A DNA stretch of 64,000 bases. Source: a bacterium (GTDB lineage: Bacteria > UBA8248). This document shows, in pieces, positions 27,149 to 36,415 of this stretch. The number at the start of each line of letters is the position of its first letter. The stretch's first letter is position 1. Made by a program: the position numbers and the translations under genes. The notes under the pieces were generated by a model. The model was given only the letters and a program-made list of their open reading frames with translations, was not told where the DNA came from and ran no database searches. The stretch lies in contig OY843592.1 of NCBI GenBank assembly GCA_963692865.2, forward strand, positions 1,472,001-1,536,000, in the 5' to 3' direction.

Positions 27149-28662
27149 GGGGCTGTTGAAAAACCCCGTTTCGGAAGCGGGTGATATGGCGGTTCACGCG
27201 GCGGCGGAGAGCAAGCCGAATCGGCGTGAGACGGCGCGATGCGCGCGCAGACGGCGTCTCCGGGCGAACCAGACCCGCCACAGGGCGAATAAACGCGCCG
27301 CTACTGCGGCGGCGAGCCGCTTGAGGTTCACCGCAGTCGCCGTCAGGCAGGCCTGGATCCGCATGTTCGCAAGGCCCCGGCGCACCGCCCGCCCCAGTCC
27401 GTGCCAACTCTTCGCCTCGCCGTGGTAGCCCTCAGAACGCCCCATGTGCCGGCGCCACAGCCGGCGCTCCTCCTCCCCCCACCGCGCATGCCGCCGACGC
27501 GCGCGCAACAGCGACGGATATTCGTGCGGAATCAACACCGCCTTGCTCGTTTGAGACTTCGGCAGACAATCCGCCCGAAGCGCGCAACCCGCGCAATCGC
27601 GCGTCCTCGATACATACCACCGCCCCCGCTCCGTCGCCCCCCGGGGGGTCAGCTTCTTCCCCCCGGGACACTTCACGATGTCGTGGCGCTCGTCGTAGCG
27701 GAACCGGCGCAGCGGCACACGGCTCTGCGTGGGCTCCCCCTTCGCCGGTATCAGCCCATCCACCCCCCGACGCTCCAATAAACCGTATACCTTCGAGTAC
27801 GCATACCCCGAATCCGCCGTCACCATCACCGGCGCGCGTCCCGACAACTCGCTCACCGCTTCCACCTGCGATTCAATCACCTCCCGCTCGTTCACCGTCC
27901 CCTCCGTCACCGCCACGTCCAGAACAACGCCACGCGCATCGTCCACCACCGCGTGGTGCTTGTAGCTCGGCTCGAACCCCGCCCGAGCGCTCTTGCGCGC
28001 CAGACGCGCGTCGGGGTCCGTACGGCTCACCGGCCCCGAACCCCCGCCGCCCTTCTTCCCAGACTCATCCGCGGCGGGGTTCTCCCGTATCACCTCCTCC
28101 GCGTGCCGCTCCGCCAGACTCTCCCAACTCACGTCCGCCCGGATCAACGACGCGTCCACGTGAACCACTTCCCCCTTCGCCACCCCCGCATCCAGGCAAG
28201 CCTGAACCGTGCGGCGGAATATCTCCTTGAACCGCTCCTCACCCCAGCGCTGACGGATACGCGTCAGGCTCGAATGATGCGGCAAATCCTCGTGCAGCCC
28301 GCACCCGATGAACCACCGGACCGCCAGGTGCGCCTGCGCCTCGCGCAGCAGACGCCGGTCGTGCACGTAGCCCAGCAGCATGCCCGCCAGCATCAACCGC
28401 AGCGCCACTTCCGGGTCCACCCCCGGACGACCGTTGTCCAGGCAATAGCAATCCGCCACCTCCTCCCGAAGCCAACTCAAATCCAGCACGCGGTCCACGC
28501 GCATCAGGACGTGATCCTCGGGAACCAACCGTTCCAGAGAACCGGCCACGAACAAATCCATCTGCCCGCGCTTATTGCTTCCCATCATCCGGGGTACTCC
28601 CATCTCGGGCGAGTGGGCGTTCATCCATTCGATCATATTACCAGGGGTTTTTCAACAGCCCC
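27149..28662 (-). mobile_element. Complete IS1182-family insertion sequence
   Basis: Perfect 19-bp IR GGGGCTGTTGAAAAACCCC; TTGAG duplicated at 27144-27148 and 28663-28667. Confidence 0.92.
27194..28588 (-). CDS. IS1182-family DDE transposase
   Basis: VPEDH, GRPGVDP, HVDAS, SRTDPDA, ADSGY, CPGG, C-x2-C-x5-C, EAKSWHGL. Confidence 0.93.
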   Translation of the reverse strand: MMGSNKRGQMDLFVAGSLERLVPEDHVLMRVDRVLDLSWLREEVADCYCLDNGRPGVDPEVALRLMLAGMLLGYVHDRRLLREAQAHLAVRWFIGCGLHEDLPHHSSLTRIRQRWGEERFKEIFRRTVQACLDAGVAKGEVVHVDASLIRADVSWESLAERHAEEVIRENPAADESGKKGGGGSGPVSRTDPDARLARKSARAGFEPSYKHHAVVDDARGVVLDVAVTEGTVNEREVIESQVEAVSELSGRAPVMVTADSGYAYSKVYGLLERRGVDGLIPAKGEPTQSRVPLRRFRYDERHDIVKCPGGKKLTPRGATERGRWYVSRTRDCAGCALRADCLPKSQTSKAVLIPHEYPSLLRARRRHARWGEEERRLWRRHMGRSEGYHGEAKSWHGLGRAVRRGLANMRIQACLTATAVNLKRLAAAVAARLFALWRVWFARRRRLRAHRAVSRRFGLLSAAA

Positions 28663-28963
28663 TTGAGGGTCGGGCTTCCCGAGGGGAAAGCCCGACGAAG
28701 AGGCCGAGCCCTTGGGCGAAGGCCGATTCTGTGGGGGGACATGCCACGGAAAAAGCTCCCCCCACCGGTTCGCTTGCGGGCTACGCCCTTACCTCACCGT
28801 CGGTCTTCCCCGAGGGAGACCGACCCTCAAGGGGGGAGTGGTTCTTTCATTCTCGTTGGTCGCGTTAAACCCTTGTTAATCGGGGCTTTTTTCAACAACA
28901 CCGTATGCTTCCCATACAGACCAAACCCGACCGAAGAGGGTTTTTCCAAGAAATCCCCAAGTC

Positions 28964-30004
28964 CTAATCCATCACGATGACGGCGCGGCCCGTTACGGCC
29001 GCTACTTCCAGGCGTTCGTGTATCTTTTCCACCTCTTCGACGTTGAAAGCGTAGGTTTCCGTCACCACGGGCCATACGTCGCCGCGCGCCACGAGGTGGA
29101 GTGATTCCTTGATCTCTTGTTTCGAACAGTATCGGCTGCCCAAAAGTTCGAGTTCTTTCGTCACCATGTTGCGCGCTGCGGCCTGGAACGGCTGCCCCGT
29201 GCCGCCGAGCGTAACGAGGCGTCCGCCGGTTCCCAGGGACTGAACGCCCGCTTCCATCGTGGAGGCGGAGGAGACGAAATCGACCACCACGTCCACGCCC
29301 ACCCCGTTCGTCAGGTCCATGAGCGCGCCCGCGACGTCTCCCTGTGATGCGTCGACGGCCTCGTCCGCGCCCACGTCGCGACACTTGCCGAGCTTGTTCG
29401 CCGCGGCGTCCACGGCGATGACCCTGGCGTGCGCCCACTTCGCCATCATCACCATGTGGATGCCCACGCCGCCGCCGGCGCCGATGACGGCCACGTTCTC
29501 GAGAGGCGCGATGCGCGCGCGCCTCGTCACCTTGTACGGGGTGGCTATGGCGTCGCAGATGACGGAGACTTCCGCCGCGTCCTTCTCGTAATCCAGCCCG
29601 GCGGGGAGTTTGATGAAGTTCCGCGCGGGCAGCTTGATGTATTCCGCATAGGCGCCCTGCACCTGACGGCCGACGTAGCCCGTGAAGTTCTCGCAAAGCG
29701 TCTCGCGGTTGATGAGGCACCACTTGCACCTTCCGCACGTGACGTAGAAATGGGCGGTCACCGCGTCGCCCTCCTGAAGCCCCTCCACGCCCTCGCCCAC
29801 GGCGGTGATGACGGCGGTGATCTCGTGCCCGATGATGAGGGGATAGTCCACTCCCGGCACGCGGCCCATGCGCGCGTGGTGGATGGTCAGCCCGGCGCCG
29901 CAGGCCAGCACCTTCGCGACCGCTTCCCCCGGCCCGGCTACGGGGTCCGGATATTCTTCCTCGGTAAAGGGTTTTCCCGGTTCTCTCAGCACCATCGCCT
30001 TCAA
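28964..30004 (-). CDS. Zinc-binding alcohol dehydrogenase family
   Basis: GHE, CGRCKWC...C, GAGGGVG. Confidence 0.92.
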   Translation of the reverse strand: MKAMVLREPGKPFTEEEYPDPVAGPGEAVAKVLACGAGLTIHHARMGRVPGVDYPLIIGHEITAVITAVGEGVEGLQEGDAVTAHFYVTCGRCKWCLINRETLCENFTGYVGRQVQGAYAEYIKLPARNFIKLPAGLDYEKDAAEVSVICDAIATPYKVTRRARIAPLENVAVIGAGGGVGIHMVMMAKWAHARVIAVDAAANKLGKCRDVGADEAVDASQGDVAGALMDLTNGVGVDVVVDFVSSASTMEAGVQSLGTGGRLVTLGGTGQPFQAAARNMVTKELELLGSRYCSKQEIKESLHLVARGDVWPVVTETYAFNVEEVEKIHERLEVAAVTGRAVIVMD

Positions 30005-30133
30005 AGGGCGTCCTCCTCAGATAAATGGATGGGATTTCAGCCACGCGATTACACCACACGGGAGAGCGCCTAGGCAACGAGGAGCGGATGGCGTAACCTC
30101 ACGGGGCGGCGTCCAGAAAAAAGGCGAGAGAGG

Positions 30134-30517
30134 ATGAACGAACCCCCCGTAATTGAAGAAAGAGTGTTCAGCGCGCAGCGCGCGGCCAGGACGACGCTGC
30201 TCGTCGGCGCGTTGCTCGTCATCTTCACCGCGTCCGCCATGTACACGAACCAGCCGGGCAGGGTGGGCTACGGCTGGGCGACGCTGGGGGCGGGGGCGGC
30301 GTTGTGCGCCTTAGGTCTTGCGACCCTGCGGGGGTTCGCGTGGAGCTGCTATCTCTCCGTGCTGGTGCTGGGCGTTTTCGATTTCATCTGGATGGTGCGG
30401 GTGCTCGAGGGCTTCGACATCGGCCTCGCCATCTGGATAGCGATATGCTTTTTCTCCATCCGCGAGATTTGGCCGGGGATCGACGAGAAATTTCCCTGGG
30501 TGAAGCGCAATCCCTGA
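30134..30517 (+). CDS. Hypothetical 4-TM membrane protein
   Basis: RBS-like GAGAGAGG; four hydrophobic segments. Confidence 0.7.
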   Translation: MNEPPVIEERVFSAQRAARTTLLVGALLVIFTASAMYTNQPGRVGYGWATLGAGAALCALGLATLRGFAWSCYLSVLVLGVFDFIWMVRVLEGFDIGLAIWIAICFFSIREIWPGIDEKFPWVKRNP

Positions 30518-30555
30518 GGGGGCATCCGATTCACGCGGCCAGCAGCTATTCCGTA

Positions 30556-31662
30556 TTACAATCTCTCCATCACGTAGCGGACGCACTCGAAATGGCGCGG
30601 CGCAACGCCCGGCGCGAAATCAGGCGCGTTCAAGGCCCAAAGCGGCACCTTGCTCTCGTGCAGCGAGCCGTGGCTTCTCAGGCGCACCTCGCGCTCGGCT
30701 TGGTCCATCACGCCGAAGACGGTCTCGGAATCCGCCAGCACCATCACGTCGCCCACCCGCTCGGGCATCAGCTCGAAGCGCGCGGCGGCCTCCTGCCGCG
30801 TGAGCGCGTCCTCGATGCCGGGGTGTTCATTCAAGATGGCGACGGCGTCTGAGAGCGCATCCTCGTTTTCCAGATGAACGTAGGCCGCGCCGCCCTGGTT
30901 CCCGTGGTGGACGACGTAGCGGTCCTTGATGATGGGAACGGCATCCGCGGCCAGACCCTGGTTCCTCAGTATGACGCCCGGGTCCAGCGCCCGTGTCTTA
31001 TCCAGCATCCCGTGGTCGGCGGTTACGAAGACCGCCCCGTCTCGGTGCGCGCTCATCCAGCTATCGAGGAGCCGTCCAATTTCCGCATCGAGCGCGGCGT
31101 GGTGCGCTTGCGCTTCCGCGCTTTCGGGACCGTATTTGTGCTGCAGGTAGTCCGTGGTGGTGACGTAGAGGAGGTCCGGCTTTCCCTCTTCCAGCACCGC
31201 GCGCGCCGCGCGCAGGAGCCAGAGGTTCACTTCCCCGCTGTAAATATCCTCTTTCGCGCCCGCTTTCCGGGTGAGCCACCCGGGCGGGTCTTCCGCGGTG
31301 ACGACCGTCTCCGCCCCTTTGCCGATCATGTCGCAGAGTTTCTGTTTGGACGCCAGCACGGCGGTCTTCCGTCCCACTGCCCGGCCCGTCTCCATGAGGG
31401 TGGGCGCCAGGACGAAATCCCCCGATTCCATGTAAACCTCCTCGCCCGTCTCCGCGTTCAGGAAGTAGTTGGCCGTGATGCCGTGCGCGGCGGGGGGCGC
31501 GCCGCAGACCATCGAGACGTTGTTCACGTTGGTGACCGAGGGCATCTGGCACGATACGGTGAAGCGCGCGCCCTCGCTCTCGATTCTGTCGAGGTTCGGC
31601 GTGTGGGAAGCCTCGAAATAAGCGGGGTCGCCCCCGTCGATCAGTATGATGAGAGCTTTCAT
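30556..31662 (-). CDS. Alkaline phosphatase superfamily, phosphonoacetate hydrolase (PhnA)-like
   Basis: IDG, PSVTNVNN, TTDYLQHK, TADHGM, YVVHH, RSHG. Confidence 0.82.
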   Translation of the reverse strand: MKALIILIDGGDPAYFEASHTPNLDRIESEGARFTVSCQMPSVTNVNNVSMVCGAPPAAHGITANYFLNAETGEEVYMESGDFVLAPTLMETGRAVGRKTAVLASKQKLCDMIGKGAETVVTAEDPPGWLTRKAGAKEDIYSGEVNLWLLRAARAVLEEGKPDLLYVTTTDYLQHKYGPESAEAQAHHAALDAEIGRLLDSWMSAHRDGAVFVTADHGMLDKTRALDPGVILRNQGLAADAVPIIKDRYVVHHGNQGGAAYVHLENEDALSDAVAILNEHPGIEDALTRQEAAARFELMPERVGDVMVLADSETVFGVMDQAEREVRLRSHGSLHESKVPLWALNAPDFAPGVAPRHFECVRYVMERL

Positions 31663-31683
31663 TCGAGGCTGGACGCCATGAAA

Positions 31684-32964
31684 TCAGTCCAGGCGCCTTA
31701 AAGCCTTGGCGCCGATGTCTTTTCGGAAATAGGCGTCTTCCCAGTAAATCAGGTCGCTCGCCTCGTAGGCGCGCGCGATGGCGGCGCGGATGTCCAGCCC
31801 GCGCGCGGTGACGCCCAGCACGCGGCCTCCGGCGGTCACGACGGCTCCTGCGTCGTTCACGCTCGTTCCCGCATGAAAGACGTGAACGCCGGGGAGGGCG
31901 TCGGCGTCCTCGATTCCGTGGATCGGGTCGCCCTTCCTGTAATCGTCCGGGTAGCCGCCCGCCGCCATGACGACGCAGACGGCGGCGTCTTGTGAATAGC
32001 TTATCGTCGTCTCGTGCAGCCGCCCCTCGACGCACGCCATGAGGACGGGCAGCAGGTCCCCCTCCATGCGGGTGAGCAGCGGCTGGCATTCGGGGTCGCC
32101 GAAGCGGCAGTTGAATTCCAGCACTTTCAGTTCATCGCCCTGCACCATGAGGCCGGCGTAGAGAACCCCCCGGTAGGGCGTTCCCCGCCTCGCCATGGCG
32201 CGGATGGCGGGCTTGACCACGGTTTCGAGCGCGCGTTCCTCTAACGCGCCCGAGAGCACGGGCGCAGGCGAATACGCGCCCATGCCGCCCGTGTTGGGGC
32301 CGGTGTCCCCCTCGCCGATGGCCTTGTGATCCTGCGCGGAGGCCATGGGGAGCGCGGTTTCCCCGTCTGCGAACGCGAGAAAACTCGCCTCCTCGCCCTC
32401 CAGGAACTCCTCCACCACGCACTTCTCGCCCGCCTCGCCGAACGCTCTTTCCTCCATGATTTGCGCTATCGCCGCGTGCGCGCTCGCGGAGTCTGCGCAA
32501 AGGAGAACGCCCTTGCCCGCGGCCAGGCCGTCGGCCTTCACCGCCCATGCGCCGCCGCGCTCGGATACGAAACGCTTCGCCGCTTGAGCGTCCTCGAAGA
32601 CGCCGTAGGCGGCGGTGGGGATTCCCGCCTCGTCCATCAGGGCCTTGGAGAACGCCTTGCTCGCCTCGATGCGGGCGGCCTCGGCGGATGGACCGAACGC
32701 CGGGATTCCGATCGCTTCGAGTTCATCGACGAGGCCTAAGGCGAGAGGGGCTTCGGGGCCGACGACGACGAGGCCCGGAGATTCTTCTTTCGTCAGCGAG
32801 AGGAGGCCGGGGATGTCCTCGGCGCCGACGGCTGCATTCCGCCCGACTTGGGCGGTGCCCGCGTTTCCGGGCGCGCAGACGACTTCCTCCACGTCCGGGC
32901 TTTGGCTGAGTTTCCATGCCAGGGCGTGCTCGCGCCCGCCCCCGCCGACAATGATGACCTTCAT
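31684..32964 (-). CDS. purD: Phosphoribosylamine-glycine ligase
   Basis: GGGGREHAL, KADGLAAGKGV, GPNTGGMGAY, EFNCRFGDPE. Confidence 0.98.
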   Translation of the reverse strand: MKVIIVGGGGREHALAWKLSQSPDVEEVVCAPGNAGTAQVGRNAAVGAEDIPGLLSLTKEESPGLVVVGPEAPLALGLVDELEAIGIPAFGPSAEAARIEASKAFSKALMDEAGIPTAAYGVFEDAQAAKRFVSERGGAWAVKADGLAAGKGVLLCADSASAHAAIAQIMEERAFGEAGEKCVVEEFLEGEEASFLAFADGETALPMASAQDHKAIGEGDTGPNTGGMGAYSPAPVLSGALEERALETVVKPAIRAMARRGTPYRGVLYAGLMVQGDELKVLEFNCRFGDPECQPLLTRMEGDLLPVLMACVEGRLHETTISYSQDAAVCVVMAAGGYPDDYRKGDPIHGIEDADALPGVHVFHAGTSVNDAGAVVTAGGRVLGVTARGLDIRAAIARAYEASDLIYWEDAYFRKDIGAKALRRLD

Positions 32965-33041
32965 CGGATGTTCCCTTGGATAATGGTGATGCCCACAACC
33001 TAGTGCGGCGCGAAAATGGTGTCAAACGATTCCGGGGGGTA

Positions 33042-33812
33042 TCACCCCATGTCGCCGAGCGCGTGCTGAACGATGGTGAGGAGCGAAACGGGCGCGGTGT
33101 CCGCGCGGAGGATTCTGGGTCCCAGGGATACCGGCAGGAAACCGCCCTCCATCGCTCGTTGCGCCTCCTCGCTCGTGAGGTCGCCCTCGGGACCCGTGAG
33201 GACGGCGACGCGAAGCGGGGCTGCGGTGTTGGTTTCACCCGCGCGCGAGAGGGTTTCTTTGACTGAAAGCGCATCCTCTCCCAGATAGCCTAAGATTTTG
33301 AGGTCGAAATCCCTCGTCGCGGCGAAAAAGTCGTCCAGCCCGCCTAATGGATGCGCAACGGGCGGAGGCACGCGGTCGCACTGCTTGGCGGCTTCCAGGA
33401 CGATGCGCCGCCAGCGCCTGTGACGCTCCGCACGCCTTTTCTCCTGAATCCTTACCTCGCAGCGCTCGAGCGCCAGGGGATGGAAGGCATCGGCGCCCAG
33501 TTCGCAGCCTTTCTGGAGGACCCACTCGAATCGCTCCCCTTTGAGCAGGGGAAGGCCCAAGGCGATCGACAGGGGAGAGGGCGGCCTCCCCGGCATGCGC
33601 TCGATGATTTTGCCGACGCACTGCTCCTCGCCTATTTCCGTCAGCTCCACCTTGTATTCCTGGCCTTCTGAGGTTGCCACGCGGCAGATTGCGCCCGCCC
33701 CCATCTTGAGGACGCGGTGGACGTGCGCGGATTCCTCCGCTCCCAGAACGACCTCTTCGCCCTGAACCGCCTCGGAGGGAACGTAGAAAAGCCTGAATCC
33801 GTCGCGCGTCAT
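33042..33812 (-). CDS. rsmE: 16S rRNA m3U1498 methyltransferase
   Basis: HVHRVLK, QKGCELG, GPEGD, LGPRILRADTA. Confidence 0.95.
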   Translation of the reverse strand: MTRDGFRLFYVPSEAVQGEEVVLGAEESAHVHRVLKMGAGAICRVATSEGQEYKVELTEIGEEQCVGKIIERMPGRPPSPLSIALGLPLLKGERFEWVLQKGCELGADAFHPLALERCEVRIQEKRRAERHRRWRRIVLEAAKQCDRVPPPVAHPLGGLDDFFAATRDFDLKILGYLGEDALSVKETLSRAGETNTAAPLRVAVLTGPEGDLTSEEAQRAMEGGFLPVSLGPRILRADTAPVSLLTIVQHALGDMG

Positions 33813-34687
33813 GGTTTTATTACCTCGATGCTCGCCCATTCCTCGATCCGGTTCGTCCCCTCGACCCTGAAACCGGCTTCTTCGTAGATGCGGGCGAGAG
33901 TTTCCGCCCCCTCGTAGCCGATACCTGCGAGAACGGCGCGGCCGCCGGGAGCGAGCGCTCCGTGAATTTGCGGCGCGAGTTCTCTCAGCGCGTCCAGAAA
34001 AATGTTCGCCGCGATGAAATCAACCCGGCCCCACCATTCTTCAAGCGCGCCGGGAGCAAGCGTCGTGTTTCGCGCCGTCATGCGACCTCCCACACCGTTT
34101 CGCTCCGCCAGGGCGGTGGTTTCCTCAACCGCTTTGGGGTCCAGGTCGAATGCGACGACGCGCCTTGCGCCAAAGAGCAGGGCGGCGACGCCCAGGATGC
34201 CGGAGCCGCAGCCCAAATCCACCATGCGCTTGGGAGGATCTTCGCCGCAGCGGCGTTCAATGGCGAGGAGAGCCAGACGGGTGGAGGGGTGTCTGCCCGT
34301 GCCGAAGGCGAGGCCGGGTTCGATGAGTAGTTCGACGCGCCCGCCCGGCGTTTCGCTTTCATCCCAGGGCGGCCTCACCCAGAGCCTCTCGCCGCAGGCT
34401 TCGCCCTTGAAATGACCGCGCGACAGGGCGACCCAGTCCTGATCCTCGATGTTCCTGAGCGTGATGGCGCTCTTCCCGACGCCCATGGCGGCGAGGAGCG
34501 CCTCTATCGCGCGGAGTTTCGCGGTCGCGCCGTCTCCAAAGGCGACGTGCGTGATGAGCACGGATGCGCCGCCGGCGCCGTCCCGCTCCTCCACGGCGGA
34601 TGCGCCCGCCTCCAGTATCCGGGCGGCGGCGTCCTCGGCCAGGGTCTCACGAACCTCGACGATGAGTTCGAGCCATTTTTTCTGCAC
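33809..34687 (-). CDS. prmA: Ribosomal protein L11 methyltransferase
   Basis: EPGLAFGTGRHPST, DLGCGSGIL, ANI. Confidence 0.95.
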   Translation of the reverse strand: MQKKWLELIVEVRETLAEDAAARILEAGASAVEERDGAGGASVLITHVAFGDGATAKLRAIEALLAAMGVGKSAITLRNIEDQDWVALSRGHFKGEACGERLWVRPPWDESETPGGRVELLIEPGLAFGTGRHPSTRLALLAIERRCGEDPPKRMVDLGCGSGILGVAALLFGARRVVAFDLDPKAVEETTALAERNGVGGRMTARNTTLAPGALEEWWGRVDFIAANIFLDALRELAPQIHGALAPGGRAVLAGIGYEGAETLARIYEEAGFRVEGTNRIEEWASIEVIKP

Positions 34688-34700
34688 AGGCTCTCGCGTT

Positions 34701-35786
34701 TTACTCCGGCAGCCGGACCACGGCGGAGCCGGCCGTCGCCAGCTCGCCCTCCTGGTTCGTTCCGGTGATCTCGACCTTCACGGTGCGCTCGGCCTCGTTC
34801 TTCTCGACCACTTGGCCCTTGTGCCAGATGGCGTCGCCGTAGATCATGGGGCGGCGCACCTGGACGTAGAGGTTCTTCAGGAACGCGTCGTCCCCCATCC
34901 AGTTCGTGATGAAGGGGCTCACCCAGGCGAAGCGCATGACGCCGTTGTCGAACGGTCCCGGCATCCCGCGCCCCGAGGCGAGGTTGAAATCCTCGTGCTG
35001 CTGGGAGTTCTTCACCTTGATCCCGATCTGCGGGATCAGGACGGCGTTGTGCGGCGCTTTTTGGAGATCCAGATAGCCGCGCCTTCCCGCCTTGTAGGAG
35101 GGGCCGTTGCCCGCGTTCCAGGCCACCATGTCGCCGATGGTGAGGGGGCCGCGAAGCATGGGCGGCAGTTCATCGCCCACGGACACTTCCGCGAAGCGTC
35201 GCTTCTCGCCGCCGCGTCTCTCCTCCGCCTGGTAGGCGTTTTCGATTTCAGTGAATTCCGCCTCGTCGTACTTCTTGACGGGCCGCTCGTAGAGGAGCGC
35301 GTTCCCCTCCTGGAGGGTGCGGATCATCGTGCCGACCCCCCTGGCGACGACCTCGTCCGCCTCGTTCCAGTAGGTGCACTCCGAGATGATGAAGATGAGT
35401 TGCCGGCCCGCCTTGTTCGTCTTGACGAAGGAATCCTTCTGGACCGACTCGGCGCGGAGTTTGGCTCCCTGGGAGATGGGTTTTTCCCACTCGAATTCCA
35501 CGCCCCCGATGAGGGAGGACAGCGGAACCTCCATCGGCGCGCCGTGGAGGATCGGGTAGAGGACCGACACCAGAAACGCCGGCGGCGCCATGATGCCCTT
35601 GTGAGATGTGCCGGACGCGTATCCGTCGTCCAGCCAGAGCGGGTTGTCGTCGTCGATGCCGTACGCGAAGTGGCGGATGGCGTCGGCGCTCGCCTCGTTG
35701 TTCCACGCCTCGCGCTCGCGCACGGGGCGGCCGTTCAGCGCTTGCGTCTTCTCGATGAACTCGTCTATGCGTGCTTGATTCGACAA
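34701..35786 (-). CDS. Double-hotdog MaoC-like acyl dehydratase
   Basis: IRHFAYGIDDDNPLW, APPAFL, second VGDELP domain. Confidence 0.82.
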   Translation of the reverse strand: MSNQARIDEFIEKTQALNGRPVREREAWNNEASADAIRHFAYGIDDDNPLWLDDGYASGTSHKGIMAPPAFLVSVLYPILHGAPMEVPLSSLIGGVEFEWEKPISQGAKLRAESVQKDSFVKTNKAGRQLIFIISECTYWNEADEVVARGVGTMIRTLQEGNALLYERPVKKYDEAEFTEIENAYQAEERRGGEKRRFAEVSVGDELPPMLRGPLTIGDMVAWNAGNGPSYKAGRRGYLDLQKAPHNAVLIPQIGIKVKNSQQHEDFNLASGRGMPGPFDNGVMRFAWVSPFITNWMGDDAFLKNLYVQVRRPMIYGDAIWHKGQVVEKNEAERTVKVEITGTNQEGELATAGSAVVRLPE

Positions 35787-35901
35787 TGTGGGATGCTCCT
35801 GTGTCTGTCATGCGTGGATATGTCGGATGGCGTTTGTTGTTCGGAAAAGTTATGTAGCAGGAAATTCCGGGCGCAACAAGGCGGGCCGGGCCGCCTCGTT
35901 C

Positions 35902-36415
35902 GGGATTGTTGAAAAGCCCTTCCCCGCCTCATCCTGAGTAGCGGCCCTTCGACAGGCTCAGGGCAGGCTCCGCCGTCCCCCCACCTTCCTCATCCTGAGT
36001 AGGCGCGTAAGCGCCGTATCGAAGGTCAACCGCAACCAATGCGGGAGCGATTGCCTCTCGCCCGGCGCGAGAGGCTTCGACTCCCCTCGCCCTTCGATGC
36101 AAACGCTCTTTTCCCGGGGCTGTCGAAAAACCCCGTTCCGGGGTCGGGCGGACACACAGGTCCGCCCCTGCGTTTCGTTTCGCAGAGGTTGGCAGGTCAG
36201 ACATATATGTCTGACATATCATGCGACCCGTATTGTGAAGGCGACAAGGCAGGGCCGCATGATATGCGGCCCCTACGGCGGGATCCCGACCGGCTCGCAA
36301 GGGGTTTTTCAACAGCCCCTTCTCAGTCGCGTTTGACCTCCGGCGGCTGCTCGGGGTGAGGAAAGAGGCCTTGGCGGTTTGCGGGGGTCGCAGACAGGAT
36401 TTTTTCAACGGCCTC
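35902..36415. mobile_element. Second composite MITE, inverted relative to 21769-22384
   Basis: Ends GGGATTGTTGAAAAGCCC and GGATTTTTTCAACGGCCTC; flanks GCCTCGTTCG and GCCTCATTCG; abuts the dnaJ stop. Confidence 0.78.
36116..36319. mobile_element. Second copy of the 204-bp REP-carrying IS1182 MITE
   Basis: IRs at 36116-36134 and 36301-36319 (the latter identical to the IS IR); flanks TTCCC and TTCTC. Confidence 0.88.

Larger units (their letters stand above)
27134..28840. repeat. Palindromic element CACTCCCCCCTTGAGGG...CCCTCAAGGGGGGAGTG interrupted by the IS
   Basis: 17-bp inverted arms at 27134-27150 and 28824-28840. Confidence 0.75.
27075..28902. mobile_element. Possible outer IS1182-ended shell enclosing a palindromic repeat and the IS
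   Basis: GGGGCTGTTGAAAAAGTCC at 27075 and GGCTTTTTTCAACAACACC ending at 28902; no TSD seen. Confidence 0.5.
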
